DNA of 63,618 bases, the filler included, from Corallochytrium limacisporum Hawaii (Eukaryota; Protista; Pluriformea), in NCBI GenBank assembly GCA_002811645.1. It is 3 parts of 2 records of this genome, joined end to end, with 100 filler letters (N's around TTAATTAATTAA, not from the genome) between each part and the next. Parts side by side here need not be neighbours in the genome. Positions count along the whole stretch, not along the records: positions 59,634 to 63,618 come from PDIP01000121.1; 2 more parts are not named here. One strand, 5' to 3'. A program made the position numbers and the translations under genes. The notes below the pieces were generated by a model. It worked only from the letters and a program-made list of their open reading frames with translations, searched no databases and was not told where the DNA came from. Below, one piece after another: positions 60,173 to 63,618 of the stretch. Numbering within the stretch: position 1 is the first letter of the stretch; each line of letters begins with the position of its first letter.

Positions 60173-63049
60173 TGTGTGTGTGTGAAGACAAGAGCGAGAG
60201 TGTGTGTAGATATGAGCAAAGCATTCAATGTGCGTGTGTGTATTTGAATCTGTGTGGGGGTGTATCTGTGTGTATGTGTGGATGTTTAGAGATTCATATG
60301 CGTAGTGTGTAATGTGGTTCGGGTGACTCTCGCTTCGGCGTTCAAAGCCAATGCTTTGTGTATCGTACACATGCAGCGGTCAGTTTCAAATCTCAGGGAA
60401 CTTCAGCGGTGGTATTGATTGAAAACCACGGTTTTTTCGGTTGCCCGGTTCTGGCCGATCTGCTTCCAAAACGGTGAACCCAATTCTCGAGGAAACAATT
60501 GCAGGGTAATAGAAGAACGGGTGATTGAATCTCGAGATGGATTATCCGGCTGTAGGTTCTCTTTTTTGGTCATGGGTGTGCCAATACGCAGTGACCCCGT
60601 GTATATCATTCCTCCTTCGGTACAACGTAATGTATTTTTGGTGCCCGATGCCACCAAGCACTCACGGGACCAATACACCTGCGGAGAAGTACATGGACAC
60701 CGCTAGAATGTTTGGGTCTCCTGTCATTTAGCAGTTCGCATCCCAAACGGTATATGGTCGGGTCGCACTCCTGCGATAATCTAGTGAATTGACCCTGCGG
60801 CTGTCCAGCACACAGAACCTTATATATCAATTGATGAATAACCATGCCAAAGCATGACGGCGCGACCAAGCTGATGCATCTTGTGAAGAGCCTCCACAAC
60901 CATCCAGCCTGCGAAAAGAGGTAGGTGGAGGCAACATGTAAGGAAGGAAGCTCAACAGGGCCCAACGTATCCCAAGGCTAGGTTTTCGGACAGATCCGAT
61001 GATCAGCGATATGATGGGTTTTATGTGTGAACCAAAAGAATCTGGCTGACCACTGACCGTCATCTCCCCCCGATAACCACTATGCAACCAAAGAACTCAC
61101 ACTTGTAGCATGAACCTCAAGCGCAACCCAGCTTCTGGGGTGCGCTCCGTCAACCTGTTCTCCCGATGTCTTTGTGTGTTTGCGTCTTTGCTTGCGACGT
61201 AAGGGTTCCTTCCACAAGTGACTCTCCTATCGCTGGGAGAGAATAACGCCTACGTGGATGTCATCAAGTATCGGTTCAGAATGTCGCGTCTACCCCTCGC
61301 AGTGCTTGGGGTCCTTATCCAGTAGCTCCATCAGCTGTTGTGTTCTTGTTCCGTGGGTCTTACTCCTAGCCGCCACGGTTCAAAGTTACCTCAGGACTCC
61401 TTTACGTTTTCTTCTTGGACAAGTCCTCCGAGTACTCCTCCGTACACTCTTCCTTCGGCCTCTCCTCTCCTAGAATTCGTCACCAGCGGTCGTTTGTTTT
61501 GTTTCGCGACCTCCTTGCCCGCCTTGACACGTGCCGCATACCAAAGCAATACAACGGCACTAAGTCCCAACAAAAAAAAATGGAACGCTCTCGTTCCATA
61601 GGGGCATTCGGTAGTCCGTGACTACGCTCATACACACGAAGTATTCAAACGGAAGCCTAAAATTGTTGTTTTCTCTGGTAGTTTTCTCTTTCCTTCTGCA
61701 ACGCACATGCATGATTTACACATATAAAACATACTGAAAAGAGCACACGGTAGGGAGGGGGCCATCCACATGCCGGTCTGAGAGAGACGGTGTAACCATG
61801 ACGTCTCTCTTTCTCGCATATATCAATGGAAACCAAATGGTTTTGGAATGCTTGCAATATTGCGTTAATTTGGTGTTTTGCCGATTGGGCAGCGAAAGAA
61901 AACAACAAGTCGTGGACTCCCTCACCCGTCACCGCTCCCCTGTCTTGCTTGGCCTCTTCCAGATCTTTTTGGTTCTTAATAACTGACCGTTCCTCTGGGA
62001 AAGTTTCGGCACCATTTGGGGTATCGTCATACTGAGAAGCATGGCAGGCGGTGATGTCGCCTGCAAAGCACATGCATCCAGCAAAGCAGCGGAGTGGAAA
62101 GCAACATGTCGGGAAATAGAGAGCGATAAAAGCCGAGGAAGACAGGGAACGCCTGGTCGCGGGTCAACTGAGTGTGTGGTTTCATCCCTTTCCCCCTCCC
62201 CCCCCCCTCCTTCCCTTCCCCTATACACACGAAATCGTCTTCTAAGACTTGCCGCAGGCTGGTGGTTAATAATGTGCTTGCGCCTAAGTTTGTCTCTTTC
62301 TTCTTTTGGTTGCGTGCCCAAGCGCGCCTCGAACCATTTTCTGCCTGTTTCCACCTCTCTCTTTGCTTCGGCGCGCGCGTCCTTTTTTCTTATGTCCTGC
62401 CCGTTCTTTTCCACTTTTTTTTTCATTTTTCCTGTCTTTTATTTCTATTTCCATGTCCACCCACTCGGATCTGCCTCATTTGTTCCAGTGTGCCTGGACC
62501 GATGGGGGAGGAAGAGGAAGAAGGGAGGGGGGGGGGGGGGTTCGTAGTCAGTTTCCCCTACTTTACCGCTCTCTCCCGTCTTTGTGTACTATTTTCGGCA
62601 CTGGATCTGACTTACTTGCCTGTGTTAATAATTTTCCATTTTTCGCGTCCTCTTCGTCTTATTTTTTTTGTTTTTGTTTTTATTTTGTTTTGGCTGTGCG
62701 CTGTTGTGGGTCGGTGTGTTTCTGTTGCGCTTTTTGGTGCGTCTCTGGTCTCGGATCGCATCGTAGAAGAAGAAAACAAACTGCCGTTCTCTCGTCGAGG
62801 AACCGCGTGCCGCACTCAAGTATGTGACACTTTGACGCTTTCCGGGTCCGTGTGGAGCCAAAAAAGAAAAACACGGTGCAACCGTACGGAAGCCGGGCCG
62901 AGTGGCCAAGTTTGCGGTGGGGTGTGGGGTGGGGTTTTTTTTTCTTTTTGTTTTTTTTTCCAATTTTAATGTCCGTCCGCACTCTCGGTTTCATCGTTTT
63001 CTGAGACGAATTAATTGCAAAATTTTGTGTTGTGCGTCCCTCGCTCTCG

Positions 63050-63082
<33 letters not shown>

Positions 63083-63618
63083 GGTCTGCGTTCCAAGACT
63101 TATTTTGGTCCTATGTTTTCGTTTGCCAAGTTTGCCAGTTTGACAGCATTGGAGCCGTGCGCGTCCCTACGGGTTCAGAACTCGAATCCGTTCGCGTGTG
63201 TTTGTCTGTGGAACGCCTGGGCTGTTTTTTTTGTTTCTTTTCCGCAGCAGGTCAGTTCTTTTTCTTTCCCTTTTTTTTCTTTTGCTGTTTTCACTTTAAA
63301 CTTTTCCCGCTTTATAGCCGGTCACGAAATTCGGTGAAAAGGGAAGAAATTGAAAATAAGGGGCGAGACGAACACGACACGCTGCCAAACGCGAACACGC
63401 GAACACGCGAGAACGCGAGAACGGGTCCGAAAGGCGACAGACGCGAGGAAGCAAAAGACAGCAACCGAGCGGCCGCACGCACGAAGGAAAAATAAACGGA
63501 AAAGAGAGAAGAAATGAGGGGGTTTCAGGGGTATTGGTTTTGGCGTTGTCGAAGGGGGAAGTACCGAATTTCCGTCAACCACTGAATTTCTTGGGTCAAA
63601 AGTGAGCCCCGGGGGGGG

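Noticed and set aside
60325-60345. CTCGCTTCGGC resembling the 5' end of U6 snRNA
   Set aside because: No downstream U6 sequence (ACAGAGA box) follows. No tRNA, rRNA or snRNA gene could be supported anywhere in the window.

Overview
This is eukaryotic nuclear DNA from a gene-dense, very intron-poor genome. The gene mix (animal-type COX4, CEP192, CCDC148, C18orf63, Munc13-like and PPEF alongside fungal-type cystathionine beta-lyase and DUF1765) suggests a unicellular opisthokont or holozoan. A Corallochytrium-like lineage is my inference and is not verified. I can support 22 protein-coding genes and one frameshifted pseudogene, with only 5 introns, all carrying strong GTA(A/G)GT donors and CTAAC/CTGAC branch points. 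Clean genic islands alternate with homopolymer- and microsatellite-rich tracts that look like error-rich gap fill. There are three N gaps, two of them artificial 100-nt linkers containing TTAATTAATTAA. The best leads are: (1) an intronless ~1,900-aa Munc13/MUN-domain protein with three N-terminal Ras-binding-domain-like repeats; (2) a compact redox cluster of an old-yellow-enzyme ene-reductase converging on three tandem RDH/17b-HSD-type SDRs; (3) a decayed PPEF/rdgC phosphatase whose EF-hand half remains intact; (4) an eIF1 start codon in uniquely poor Kozak context, a known autoregulation signature; (5) a candidate structured ncRNA near 21.0 kb. All family assignments come from motif recognition by eye; no database searches were run.
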